NCBI GenBank assembly: GCA_028534125.1
Contig: CM052816.1
Coordinates: forward strand, 84,570,001-84,634,000
Source of the DNA: Lama glama
Lineage: Eukaryota
Length of the DNA: 64,000 nt
Direction: 5' to 3'
The notes beneath the pieces were generated by a model, which had not been told where the DNA came from, did no database searches, and worked only from the letters and a program-made list of their open reading frames with translations. The translations under genes were made by a program, and so were the position numbers. Below are positions 50,671 through 64,000 of the stretch, one piece after another. Within the stretch, counting starts at the first letter, position 1. Each line of letters begins with the position of its first letter.

Positions 50671-53571
50671 AAAATGAAAACATTTATAAGTGGATTTTAC
50701 CATATATTATCTATAATTATGTTTTTGTATATAAATGTATAAAAAACTTATGTATTTCTTATTATCATCAAGTAATTTCAAACACACCTTTTCTCAATAC
50801 TCCCAAGATATGGAACTCCAATCCCAAGTAGATCTTGACTGATAACTACAGTAGACAAGCTAGTCAAAAACTGAAAAATCATCAACTTTGCAAAATCTTG
50901 CTTCATGAAGCTTATATGTATTTAAGCTGCATTTCACAAACTCACATAATTGTTGAATAAATTGTTTTGTCTGCTTTTCAGTGTCATTTGAGCACAACTG
51001 AATAACTGAGAAAATCTGCAGGGCATATTTTTAAATAATCATGAAAATATACACTGTAAGCTATTATCTGTGCATACAGAGACTCCCACCCTTAAAAATG
51101 TTTCAGAAACATTGTTCCTGTTCTGTTAAAACCAAAACTTAGTTCACAACTCTTTATCAAGTGGCAAAAAGTAAAACCACTCAGTAGTTTAGGAAAGAAA
51201 AAAACATTCAGTAAAATTATCAGGGGGATTTAACAAGGGCAGGAACTCCTATAATTACTTCTGTGATTTTTGGAGAGAAAAACCAGAGATACCTTTGATA
51301 TTATTACATGTGTTTCCAGGCTACTTTTATAAAGTTCAAGACTTGTGGATTATATTTTATTGGAAAGGCAATATGGTTTCAAGAGCAATAACTACTATTA
51401 ATAATAATACTTTCTCTAGAGGTTGATATAGAAACGTAATGGCAAAAGCAATACAACATATTTTGATGTATTTTTTCCCATTAGAGTTTCTTGCACTGAC
51501 CATAAAAGCTTTTATGTAAGAATTTTGGATTTACTTGATTACTTTTGTATTTTACAATGCAGTTACTTTCTTTGAATGTAATAATTGCTCATTTTTCTAT
51601 TTAGACAAGAATGGATCTCTAGTAATAACAGATCTCTGACTATCTTAACAGAGCAAGATATAAGCTATCTCTAGGGAGCATTATAAAGCTGAAAATGTTT
51701 TTGAAGTGTTTTTGTGTGTCTTTCAAAATAAACATGTAAATTCTCTTTTAAGGCAGTTACAAAAAATATAACTGTGGTATTAATATAATCTGAAACTATT
51801 TAAGACAACAGTTTTAAGTGTGCTTTTACATTAAAAAAAAAACTAGTTGCACAGGAAAAAAGTAAGGCCAATCAGTTTCACCTGAAAGTGTTTACCCACG
51901 TGCACGGGTCAGCTTTATCCCAAAGCAAAAATCTGCTCCTTCAAAACTGACCATGGCTTACCCCTTCCTACAACACCCTTCCCATTTGGGAAACACTAGC
52001 TGTTTCAAGTGGATATGGGGGAAAGAATGATATATGTGTGTGATATTATTATTATCTCTTTATTCTACAATATTCAATTATTCTAGCTCATGGAAATTTA
52101 CACAATAAAAGCATTTTAAACATTTTGAGATTGATGGGAATATAAAGTAGAATTTAGTTTAAAACATTGCAAATAAAAAACACTGATCTAATAATTGTCA
52201 TCACCTAGTGCAGTGTCATGTAGCCCTGTCAAAACTTTAGTCTTCTGTTATCTTCGATGAGCCCACTCTGTCTCACTGTACATGACACTAATTGCACTTT
52301 TCAGAGAAAAGACTCTAGATAAGAATAGAACTATTTTTCTTGCCACTTACACATTTTCATCAGTCCCCACTGTCTTTCTAAACCTAATCCATCCATCTGG
52401 ATTACAATTCTCAAATATTCCTGCCTTCTCAGGAGTGGGATGTCCCTGTTTCAATTATCAGCTTCCTTCTACTACTCCTTCCAAATTAGATTCTTCCCAC
52501 AGAAAGTTAATAATACACAATTCTCTTCATCTTCAGAAATTCCTTTGTACATAAAATCCCTTCTCACTCTGTTTTTTTCTTCCCCTTTATACATAGACTT
52601 GTTGAAAACAAATTCATCCTGTTGTTTTCTAATCTCATTCAGCCTGAATTTTAGCCACTGCCCCCAGAATGAAATAAGACCATTCTTGTCTAAATACAAA
52701 AATAAGCAGTTATTACATTCAAAGAAAGTAACTGCATTATAAAATACAAAAGTAATCAAGTAAATCCAATCATCTTGGTGGAGAATATAATCAACTCTTT
52801 CACTAAAAGGCAGTCTGCATTACCTGCTGGTCATATCCTCACACTTCAAGCATTCTCATCCTTTGTATTTTATGGTATCAAATTCCCCTAGTTTTGTCCA
52901 AAGCCATTTCTTCTGGTTTCCTTTGCAATCTCTACTTCCTTTTTTTTTTTTTTAACATTCGAATCTCTTAATCTTATTTTCTTTCTCCCCAAAACTCTAT
53001 CCAAGTGAGCTCATTGAATAACATACTTCCAGTTATCAGCTGTGACAGAAGATGACTGAATCACTGCCTCTAATTTACACTGTTCTCCTGAGCAAGTCCT
53101 CCTATATTGCTGTTATCTGGACATTTTCATTTATATGTCCAACAAGTACCTAAAATCAGGTTGTTCACATCTTTTTATTAAAATTTGCTTGGTTTGTGCA
53201 TGTGTGTGTGTGTTTGTATTTCTTTTTTTTAAAAAAAAAAAAAAGGACACAATTCAGTGTTTTCCAAGGCAGAAAATTAGATGTCTTCCATGGTTCTCTT
53301 GTCTGTGCCTCACTTATTAACCACATCCAATCAGCTATAAAATGCCATTAACTACCTGTCTATAACACCTCTTCAAAATATGTGTTTTCCCTCCATTTTC
53401 TTATACTTTCCCTGCATTACCTTTCCCTCACTCAGTGGGATTACTCTGTCTCTTAATTACTTTTGGTGGGGAGGGTCTTCAAACAAACATTCTCTAATCC
53501 ATTTACATAAGGCACCCAGATAAGTTTACAACTCTCCACTTCTTATTTAGCCATTATTTATCTTTCCTCCA

Positions 53572-54120
53572 GTCATTCATTTCAACAAATATTTATTGAA
53601 CACCTACTGTGTGTCAGTCATAATCCTGTGTGCTGATAATGTGATGATGAACCAAATAAACAAGGTGAATTACACTGAGCTTCCAGGCAAGATCTTGTTG
53701 AAGGTAAAATATTGAAGCTAAAAATTGTAGGATAGGATGTGTCAGCCAGTGAAAAGAAGAGGATAGAAGAGAGGATTTAGGTTACAGGAAGAGTAAATTT
53801 GAAGTTGTTTACATCAGAAAGATCTTGTTGATCTTGAGAAATTGAAAGATTGCTGTGGTTGAAACACAATAATTAGAGTAGTGGAAAGAAATGAGACTTG
53901 TTTGGGAGACAGGGTCCTTACTGCTGTTGATACTGAAAAGGTATTAAGTATTGGATGGCTTTAAGAAGAGAACTATTACCATATATTTTATACTTTTAAA
54001 AGCTCTTATTTTCTGCTATGAGCAAACAGGGGAAAGAGGGGAGGTCAGGAGGCTGGTTAGGAAGCTACTCCTGCAGATCAAGGAAGAGATGCCATGCCAT
54101 GGCCTGTAGGAGTAGCAGCT
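53572..54120 (-). mobile_element. LINE-2 3' remnant
   Basis: 'cattcatttcaacaaatatttattgaacacctactgtgtgtcag' is the antisense L2 terminus. Confidence 0.75.
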
Positions 54121-54139
54121 ATGTTTTACATAAACTTTT

Positions 54140-54526
54140 GAGAGGACATCCTGATCCCTTACAATCTCCTCACTCTCTCTCCTACCAAACAATTCATCCT
54201 GCAGTCATATAATATTTTGTTTCCATCCTAAAAATTGCTCTCCCTTTACCTTTCATATTTCCCCTTCACTGGGACACTTAAGGCCATCTGCTTAGGCTAT
54301 ACTTCCTCTGGGAAGTTCCTTCTGCTTCCATAACATCTTGTACTTACTATATTGCTAATCACACTTCATTGCAATTGCCTGTAACCCCCCCCCACACACA
54401 CACACTTAATAGGAAGCTCTATAGAGGTCAATCAGGGACCATGCCTAATGTATTCTACCTGGCACCCCTCGCACCTAATAGATCTCCTAGCACGTTGTAG
54501 ATGTTCAGTGAATATTTGTTGAGTGG
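54140..54526 (+). mobile_element. LINE-2 3' remnant
   Basis: Ends 'cctagcacgttgtagatgttcagtgaatatttgttgagtg'. Confidence 0.65.
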
Positions 54527-55891
54527 TATTAAAAGATAATGTTCTCCTTTACTCTCCGATCTTTAATAAACATATCAACTCACCTATTTGAATTAATAGC
54601 ACTTAATTTTTGTCATTTAAAATCAAAATCTTGCCTAGAACTGGAGATCATTTTTCCTTGCTTTTAGTAATACTTCTGAAACTTAAAGTGCAACAGATGA
54701 TGTTAATGGTAAAAGCTTACTTGTGTTTGGCACCTGAGATAAATGGAATTAATTTATACCAAAGGTAAATTCGAGATAATGATTTGCCTTTTAAAGAAGT
54801 GTTTTTAAATGAATCAATCAAGTAATAATGCCTATTATGCTTTAAAAAACGGTGCTATTTATTATAAAAAATGAAGAATACATCACAACCTTTGCTCTCA
54901 ATTAGTTTGAATTCTGTTTGCAGAACCAAAATTAAGGACAGAATAATAAACAGATAAATATTAGGCAGAACCTGTATTAAACACCACCCTGGTGAAAAAT
55001 ATATTATCAGAGAAATATATATATAAAGATGGGACAACTTCTTTTCACAATAGACAGAGGAGGCCTTATTTAAGTTTAGATCTTGACCCTGGCATTCAAG
55101 ATTGGAATAGAAGAATGGAAGATGGGAAAGAGGTAAATTGTAGCTTGAGGACAAAAAAAGAGTAATTAAATTAGCATGATGTCTGAAGCATTGTTTAAAA
55201 GCAATATTGGCTGGAGTTAAATGGACATTTTGAGATGAATTGAAATATGTTTTGACAAATGTGAAAAAGCAGTAAAGAATGAGTCTTTATGATAAAGAAG
55301 AACAATTTAGATTTTATACTGGCCAGTATACAAAGCATTTAATCCAATTAACGTATTCAAGTACATAGATTGAAACTATATTGAATATTTTGCTCCTACA
55401 GCTGAGGCTTCAGGAATTTGGCATTTTTCATCTTCAGTTATCTTGGGAGGAGAGACCAAAACCCATTCCAGGTTTAGAAGTGATGATCAGATGAATAGCA
55501 ATAGCAAAAAAGCATGTAAATATATATTATTTTTTCTTAAGCATTCTTTAATTTCCATGTCTGATATTGGTCTATTTTCTATATTACCTATTGGAATAAC
55601 TTATTTGCTTTTTTAAAATGTTTGTATAGTTTTTTAATTACGTCGCTTATCAGGAATTTTTCAAATAATGCAGCAAAGCATAAAGAAGAAGAAAAAGCAA
55701 ACTAAACAAAAAATGTGAAAATACTATCTAAACCCACACTGTCTGTATATAACTCATAAAATTAGACAACAGTTTTTAGATTGCTCTTGATGCACATATA
55801 TAGATAGATGGATGAATGGGAGGATAGATGTGTGGATGGATGGGAATAATATTGAAAAAACTTTGTTATCCATGTTATTTTTAATTGATTG

Positions 55892-56625
55892 TTTTTATTT
55901 TTTAATTGTGGTGAAATATGTGTAATATAAAATTGACCATTTATTCATTTTTAAGTGTACAGTTAAGTGATATTAAGTACATTCACATCATTGTACAACA
56001 TTTACCATCATCATGTCAGAATTCTTTGCATCTTGCAAAACTGAAATTCATATACATTAAACAATAGTTCCCCATTGCCCCTCCTCCCAACTGCTGGCAA
56101 CCACCATTCTCCATTCTGCTTCTATGAGTTTGACTACTCTAAGGTATCTCACATAAGTGGAAGCATAGAGCAGTTGTTCTTTTGTGACTATTTTATTTTA
56201 CTTGACATCGTAACTTCACGTTTCATCCATGTGGTAGTGTGAATAGGCATTTCCTGCCTTTTTAAGGTTTAATAAGTATTCCATTGTGTATATATACCAC
56301 ATTTTTTTAATCCATTCATCTGTAGATTAACACTTGGGTTGCTTTTGGCTATTATAAATAATGCTGTTATGAACATGAGGGTACAAATAGCTTTTGAAGA
56401 CCCTGCTTTCAGTTTTTTGGGGTATATACCCAAAAGTACAACTGCTGGAACGTATGGCGATTCTGCTTTAAATTTGTATGTGTGGTGGGGAACCATACTC
56501 TTTTCCATAACAACTGCACCATTTTACATCCCATCATCCGTGCAGTAGGAGTCTGATTTTTCCACATACTCGCTAACACTTATTTTCTGTTTTTTTTAAT
56601 AGCAGTCTTGCTACTGAATATGAAA
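55892..56625 (-). mobile_element. L1MB-like 3' end
   Basis: T-rich tail, then 'aattgtggtgaaatat...aagtgtacagttaagtgatattaagtacattcaca...ctggcaaccaccattct'. ORF 56269-56508 resembles the ORF2 C-terminus (ICTLMFITALFIIAK). Confidence 0.9.
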
Positions 56626-57332
56626 ATTTTTAATATATACATATCTATCTCCCAGTTCTTCTGAGATTTTCAAAAGTACTCTATACAGATCAGAAATGAA
56701 AAAAAAGTTTGAACAGATGTAAACGCTGCAAATTATAAGAACATATCAACTTTGGCATTTACAAAGCTCATGTGATATTTCTTTAGATTTTATCGAAGTT
56801 TTTTTACTTTTATCTAAGCTAGCTTTTATTTTGATAATTTCTTTTATATTTCCTATTTTATTAATTTCTGCTTTTTATTGTAATATACGCATAACAAAAG
56901 CATTATCATTTTAATCATTTTACATGCACACTTCAGTAGCATTAAGTATATTCACGTTGTTTTGCAAGTGTTATTTTTAATATAAAAACAATGCACTTGA
57001 GTGCTTAAAAAGAAATAATATGATCATAAAACGAAAAGTAACCATCCACCACCCCCACCGCTCCTTTCCCCTCACACATATTAGTCCAACTCCCCATTTC
57101 CATCATATTTAAGACTTGGTATTTCAACATCTTCTAGTGGCTAGTTAACATTATAATTAAAATCACTACATTCACAAATCCCTATTAGTTCTTCATTAAA
57201 GTGCAGAATTATAAAGAGCAAAACAAAAAATTCTAACCAATTTCAGTTTTTCCCTAAAGGAAATTACTTTTAATGTTTTGTGACTTCCCTTTCTCTGTTC
57301 AGATGTGGTTTTGTTTGTATTTTTAGTGTTTA

Positions 57333-58140
57333 TGTTATCACACTCTTTGGGTTCCTGGACCCAACTCCAAGGTTTTTTGTGCGGGTGTGAAGGGGCTTCT
57401 CCACACCAGTAAGCAATTCTTAGATACCCTGCTGGCATCTGATAATTCAACTCAACTGTAGCGCTGTCTACTCAGAGACAGCATCAGATTGCAGAGGCTC
57501 GGGGTTCAGTCTCACAAGACTGGCACCCTCCCTAACTTCAATATCCAATTGCAAGTTCAGGTTGTTTCCTGGGCTTCTTTCTGACTGACTGGCTACAAAT
57601 TGGAGGTTCCAACAAACCCTTCAAATCAGGATGCCAATCTAAAATCCAGGTTGTTACCTGTACTTCTGACCAACTGTCTGTAGATCACAGATTCCTACAA
57701 CCTGATCCTGGGGTTCCATTAATTTGCTACAGTAACTCACAGAATTCAGAGAAACATTTTACTCACTAGACCACTGGTTTATCTTAAAGAGGACAGAATT
57801 CCAGAATAGTCAGATGGAAGAAATCCATGGGGTAAGACATGTATGAAGGGGTAGGGGGCTTCTATGAACTCTCCAGGCACAAGTTTCTTTCCAGCCTCCA
57901 GCCTCTCTCCCCTCCCCAGAGGTCTGGGATGGTGGTAGGGACTCAAAGTTCCAAACTCTATCAAGTAATTGGGTCTCCTGGCAACCAGGCCCCATCCTCT
58001 GGTGCGGGTCCAAAGCCACGTCATAACATAAGGTACCTCCACGCTCTCCTCACTTAGGAATTCCAAGAATTTTAGGAGCTCTGTTCCAGAAATGGGATGA
58101 AGATCAAATACATATTTCTATCAGAAATCACAATATCACA
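57333..58140 (-). mobile_element. MER21-like LTR
   Basis: 'ttctccacaccagtaagcaattct', 'gcatcagattgcagaggctcggggttcagtctcacaagactg' and terminal 'aaatcacaatatcaca'. Confidence 0.8.
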
Positions 58141-58772
58141 TGTACTGTATCACTTTCTTTTATCTGCTTCTTTCATTCATATACTTTTTTCTATAATTGA
58201 AAATTTGATTATGTACTTAAAAGTTTCATAATGGACATAGATTATTTCCCCTAAGTGTCTCATTTTGCTTACACACACACACATACACATTTAACATGAT
58301 GAAAATGAACATTTAATGATATTGTCTCAATAATTTAGCAAAATGCATATCAGTTTTAGTAAAAAGATGTGTTAAATTGGGACACATAAGAGGAAATTAA
58401 TCCCATTAAAATAACTGTGCAGGTTTTTATTTAATTTTTAAAAAGATCTGTGACTTTGAAAAAGTGAATGTTAATTATTCATTTTTCCAGAAATATACCA
58501 CAGTAAAAAGTATATAATTTTAAAATCAAATATTTTACCACTTACACTAAACACAATTTCATCCTGTAATATTAGCCAGTTACACATTATTTTAATGAAC
58601 TATGCACGTTAGGAGAAATTATTAGCATGAGGTCACATATTACACTTTACCATGTCTTTCACTGACATTCATTAACCTGTATGTTATGTGTCTTGAATAC
58701 TTAATGGTTTTAGAAAGTATCTAAATGCTATTGATGGTTCCTGTATATGATTTTATGCACTCTGAATAACTG

Positions 58773-59286
58773 CTATTTTATTGGTTTCCTATTGCTGCTG
58801 TAAAAAATTACAACAAACTTTGTGGCCTAAAACAACACATATTGATTAAAGTTCTGGAGGTCAAAGCCTGAAACAAAGTCTAACTAGGCTAAATTCAAAG
58901 TTTAGAGAGGGCTGTACTCCCTCTGGAGGCTCTAGGGGAAAAATCCCTTTTGTTCATTTTCCAGATACTAAGGGCCAACAGGATTTTGTGGCTTGTTGTC
59001 TTATTGCTGTCTTCAAAGTCAGTGAAGTCAGACGAAATCCTTCTCATGCTGCCATCTTTCTCTCTCTTTTCTTCCTCTCTTGTGCATTTATAAGAATCCC
59101 TGTCATTACATTGAGACTATTCAGATAATGCTGGATAACCCCACCATTTTAGTATCAACTGATTACCAACCTTAATTCCCTTTATAATCCTTATTCTCTT
59201 TGTCATGTAACCTAACATATTCACTGGTTCCAGAGATTAAGATGTGGGCATCACTATGAAGGGAGGGGCATTATGTTGTCTACCAT
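58773..59286 (-). mobile_element. MaLR (MLT1C/D-like) LTR
   Basis: 'ggtttcctattgctgctgtaaaaaattacaacaaactttgtggcctaaaacaacac...agttctggaggtca...tctggaggctctagggga'. Confidence 0.85.
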
Positions 59287-60904
59287 GCCTAACTATGTCT
59301 GAAGGTGACTCATTGGTCAAAGAGTAAGTGTGAATAACTAATCATCCACCAAATAATCACTCATAGTGATAGTAAAATTGAAATGGTCACAATATAAAAC
59401 GTCATGGAGTGCCAAAATAATGATAATTTTTATTACACTTTGTTATATACTACTGTAAGTTTATATTAAAGGAAAGAGTTGTACAATGTTAGATTCATGA
59501 TAAATTATGGAGTTGCAGTCTCTAAGCATGAAATGACAAGAATCTTTAGATGAAATTATGTGATTTTATCAATGTTTAATTTGACTATAGGTTAAAATAA
59601 TTTTAATTACTTTTTAATCATCCTGACCAAAGGAAAACTTTAAAAGATTATCTATCTAAACTCTATCCATCCACATACACATGAATACATATATTACAAT
59701 TCTTATCATCTCTGGATTAATCACACATTAATACCAAGTATAATAATTCCAAAAAATTGGTAACATCAGGATAATTCAATTCAATATAAAAGTATTTACT
59801 GAAGAAACTACTTGTAGTAGTCCATGCTCAGTAAGAAAAACTGAATTCTCTACTTGTTCTATAGTAGAGGAATAGTGGTTAATGCAAACTTCACAAAAAA
59901 AAAATTAGAAATCATCAGAACTAATCAAAAGTTCCCATAAACCTGTTTGACATAGACAAAGGAACAAATTAAAAAGCTGCCAAGATCTATGTACAGAAAA
60001 TCTACAGAATCTCTTTAAAATGCCAATAAAAAATGAAAGATGTGCATCATCATTGGTAAACAGAAAGTTGTAACTCAAATCAAGAATGACAATATATGAT
60101 TATAGACACATTCAGCCTGGAAACACAAAATGGTGGGAAACAATACTATACATTTGCACTATAACAGAGAGTTTTTTCTCTGCTCATGTTATTCCAGTAT
60201 AGCAATATAAATACATTAGTGCAATAGAGGCATATCCAATTCATTGGACTATGACAAAAATGCTAAAAATAAAAATAGATAGCTAAATGGAAACAGTGCT
60301 TCATAACCTAAAAAGGAATGCTTCCACAAACTTTATCTTTCATCTCATAAAATTCTCATTTAATCAGTTTAAGGATCTTTAAAAAACATTTATCTATGAA
60401 CTTACAAAAAGCAAAAAATCTGGTCTCTCTATTAACCTTTCACATAAAAGTATTAATTATTATTGTTATAATTATTCTGTCTATTGTTAACTAAGCAGCA
60501 TCCATTAAAAATATAGCTTCCTTGCATATGTGATTTTGAAAGCAAACAAACAAAATGCATTAAGACGTAGTCTCAAATTCTAAAATAGTATATTTTCTAG
60601 TTAAATGACATTTAGAAACATTGTTTTCTTAGGTTTGATTCTGTCCTCTCATATATTCTTAGACAAACAATCACATGAAAAATTTTCATTTCAGTACTCC
60701 TGAGCTGTTTTGAAAAGAATGTCAATTTCCTAATTTAAGGCCCATTTACCTCTCCACCTAAGCTCTTACCTGCCTCCCTTCTCCAGCTCTGCACTTTGAC
60801 CAGGTGAATGGCTGATGGGATCCCCAATGTGTGATTCTGTGATGTCCTCTTTTACCTCATACTTTCTGTACAGGCCATTCCCTTGGCCTATTACATAATT
60901 AAAG

Positions 60905-60905
<1 letters not shown>

Positions 60906-60947
<42 letters not shown>
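60906..60947. repeat. (TA)n microsatellite
   Basis: Perfect dinucleotide run. Confidence 0.97.
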
Positions 60948-60949
<2 letters not shown>

Positions 60950-62879
60950 TATAGAAATATATATATAACCTGATTAAATTTCTTACTGGCACAATATCTG
61001 TAATTCTATTTTCTCTTACATCTTTACATTTAGTGATATTAAAATCTATTAATTCTTCCAATGCTGACTTATATCTGGTAGGAAATCTCAACCTTGATCC
61101 TGGGAATGCAGTCCCTAACTTCAATAGTGTGTTCCTTAAAGTCTGATCAAGATTTAGGCATTACTTTCATTAAAACTCTGAACATTTTGGCTGAAAAGCT
61201 ACATACTCATTTAATTTATTTGAAATTCACAATAAAATTTGGTTTCACAAATAGGTTATAGAAGAGTGTTTGCAGATATGTCATCAATGTTTTTAGTACT
61301 TAAAATTCTAATTCAAAGAAAATTTCAGAAATGTATGTCTTATTCTGACAGGCAAATGCATCAGACACACTTTTCAGGTAAAGAAAGGTATATTAGGATT
61401 GAGACCAGATCATGTAAAATTTTCTAAAATATATATTTTATCTGACTACTTTATATTACTAAAGCAATATTATCTGTACTTACAACTTCCCTAATATGTT
61501 CTATAGCACAAGAAAATTCTTGTGGGATCTTGGAGCACAAGACGCAAGCTTAAAAGGTGAATAAAAGAATTGGGTGGATTTATCCTTCCCAGACAAGATT
61601 GAAGGAAATTTAATAAGTAGCTAGGGAGGATTAGACCTCACCTCATTTTTATTCTATTACATATCGGAGTTTTTTTATATTGAAACTTGCAGACTAGTTC
61701 TATTCACATTTTCCACCTTATGTTTATTTTAGCCTCTATGCTTTCTTCATAATATTAAGAAAAATTTTAAACTAAAATAAAAAAACAATGAACAATAACA
61801 ACAGTAACAAAATCTAACTCTCAGATCTAAACACCAAATGAATGGTACATTTACCTGAGGGGCAAGATGGGGGACAAGAAACTAGCTGAATACCGTTTTA
61901 TACAACTGTCGACAGGGACCAAAGTGATCCTTCTAATCCCTCGCCTCCTTCTTCCCTCCTTTCCTTCCTTCTTCCTCTCTTCCTTCCTTCCTTCCACAAA
62001 ATTAAGCAGCTGTTAAATGTTGAATTAGAAAAAACAAGTTGAAATATAAAATGAAACAGAGTGTTAGAAGGTCAACAGGATCATAAGATATGATAACAAC
62101 AAGCAAGCAAGCAGAATTCTACAGCAAGGAAGAGTCGTACCAGAAGAGTCAAAGCATAAGCACTACCTGTAGAGACTGTTTGTTGGAGTAAAAAGGGAAA
62201 TTGACATGAGACAAAAACTTCCTAGGAGTTTGTTTTGGAGTAAGACATTATTTACCTTGGCATGCAAATTTAAACAGAGAATCTAAGATAGGAGGGCAGG
62301 ATATAATTGAAAAGTTTTCTTTTTCTTTCTAAAGCACTGTGTAATTTCATGGATAATTGAAAATTTCCATTTCAAAATATATTCAATTCTCCAAGAAATT
62401 TGCTTGTCAATAAAATTTCCACTCTTGTTAAAATGAACAAAGGGAGATCCACAAAGGTTGGTTACATGTACAATAATTAAAAGCAGTACACCTGCAGTTG
62501 AGGATGAGGCAATACGTATATATTACAATTCTAAGGACATTTTAATAAAAGAGTTGTTTCACTTCATTAACATCAGCTTTTTTACTTAAAGGTGAAATTA
62601 AATAAATGAATTATTAATACTTCTTTTATACTTGTATAATGTGATTGACCACACACTTGAAATATACACCTAATTTTACCAAACTTTTATTCTAATAGTT
62701 CCATTTTACCATGAAATGAGCATATCATGGATTGGGAATAAATTTAAATTATTGTACAACCGACTTATGATTTTTGTTGTATTTTTCAACTATTTTATGT
62801 ACTAAAGAGTAAACACAAGTTGTAATCCAACGATATATAGCAACAATTTGGCTTGCATGAAATATGTTATATTTGATTA

Positions 62880-63720
62880 TATCGAATTCATTTTTGTACA
62901 TGGTTTGAGGTGGAGGTCAGGTTTCACTTTTTCTCCACTTGTGTATTCAGTTGATCTCACACCATTTATTGAAAAAACTATCCTTCCTTGAATATATTAT
63001 AATGTTACTTGTCCTAAATTAAGTGAACATATATGAAGTAGGTATTTCTGAACTCTCTCTTCTGTTTCATTGGTTTTATCCTTCCTTGTGCTTATAAGAT
63101 GCCAAATTTATATTAGCTTTACAATAATTTTTGATCTCTGGTTGTGTTATTCTTCCAAATTTGCTCTTCCTTAAGTAGTTTTCTTATTCTTAGCTCTTTT
63201 TACATATGCCATTTTAAAGTCTGGCCACCAATTAAAACATATACACACACAAATTTGCTGTGACGGAGATTGTATTTAATTTGAATCTAGCATAAATATA
63301 GTGATAATTAACATATTGTAATTATTGAGTCTTCCAGTACATGAGTGTATTTCTATATTTATACAGGTCTTAAATTTCTCTCAACAATTTTGTTTATGTG
63401 TATGTGTGTAGGTGTCTTACAATGTTACCTTCATTTGATTTTCTTTGTAACATTGTGAATGCCACTGTTTTTAAAATTTTTATTTTTTTATTGTTGCTTT
63501 CATGTGGACAATTGGTTTTGTACATCAGCTTTGTAGGATGATGGATTCCTTTATCAATTTTAAGAGTCTATGTGAAGATTTTTGGGTTTTCTAAGTACAC
63601 ATTCATCTTCTCAGCAAATAATGAGAATTTTATTGCTTTATTCCGTTTCTTACAACTTACATTTCTTTGTATGTCTTCATCACCTTGACTAAGTTCTCCA
63701 GGATAATTGTGAAGAGACAA
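62880..63720 (-). mobile_element. Ancient L1 ORF2 fragment, minus strand
   Basis: 'caccatttattgaaaaaactatcctt', 'attgagtcttccagtacatgag', 'ttcatcttctcagcaaataatgaga'. Confidence 0.75.
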
Positions 63721-64000
63721 AGCAACATAGAGAGCACTGTGGCCTCATTCTGCAGTGAGAACATGGGTCTGAGAACGGATATGCATTCTCAGTATCACTG
63801 GGGCCCTTAGTCTTCCCCCCTTTATAAATGTGTGAGATTAGGATGAACTTTCAAATTTACATGGTAGAAAGAAAAGCAGGACATTATTGTCTTACTGCAT
63901 TACTTAATATTTAGCTTATTCTGAAATATATTCCATACTGTTATACATGTTTGCTATTGCAGAAAGCAAGATTAATCAGTCAGAATCTACAGTACTGTAA

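Overview
Mammalian, AT-rich, repeat-dense intergenic or intronic DNA. It is probably from a camelid, based on a vic-1-like tRNA-derived SINE at ~46.8-47.0 kb and young L1 tails. No intact protein-coding gene, RNA gene, CRISPR array or prokaryotic-type system is supported. The only gene-derived sequence is a minus-strand processed pseudogene of EHD1 (~21.84-23.29 kb). It is intronless, frameshifted and internally deleted, yet it forms a dense CpG island and appears to carry many A/T-to-G/C changes, so it is a candidate GC-biased gene conversion site and possible new promoter. The rest is L1, L2, MIR, LTR and DNA-transposon debris, microsatellites and two 500-N gaps. Smaller points of interest are a twin-primed (5'-inverted) L1, template-switch-like perfect palindromes, X-box-like motifs and a speculative chain of non-coding exons. 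Repeat family names and EHD1 comparisons come from recall of consensus sequences, not from searches, and most repeat boundaries are approximate.
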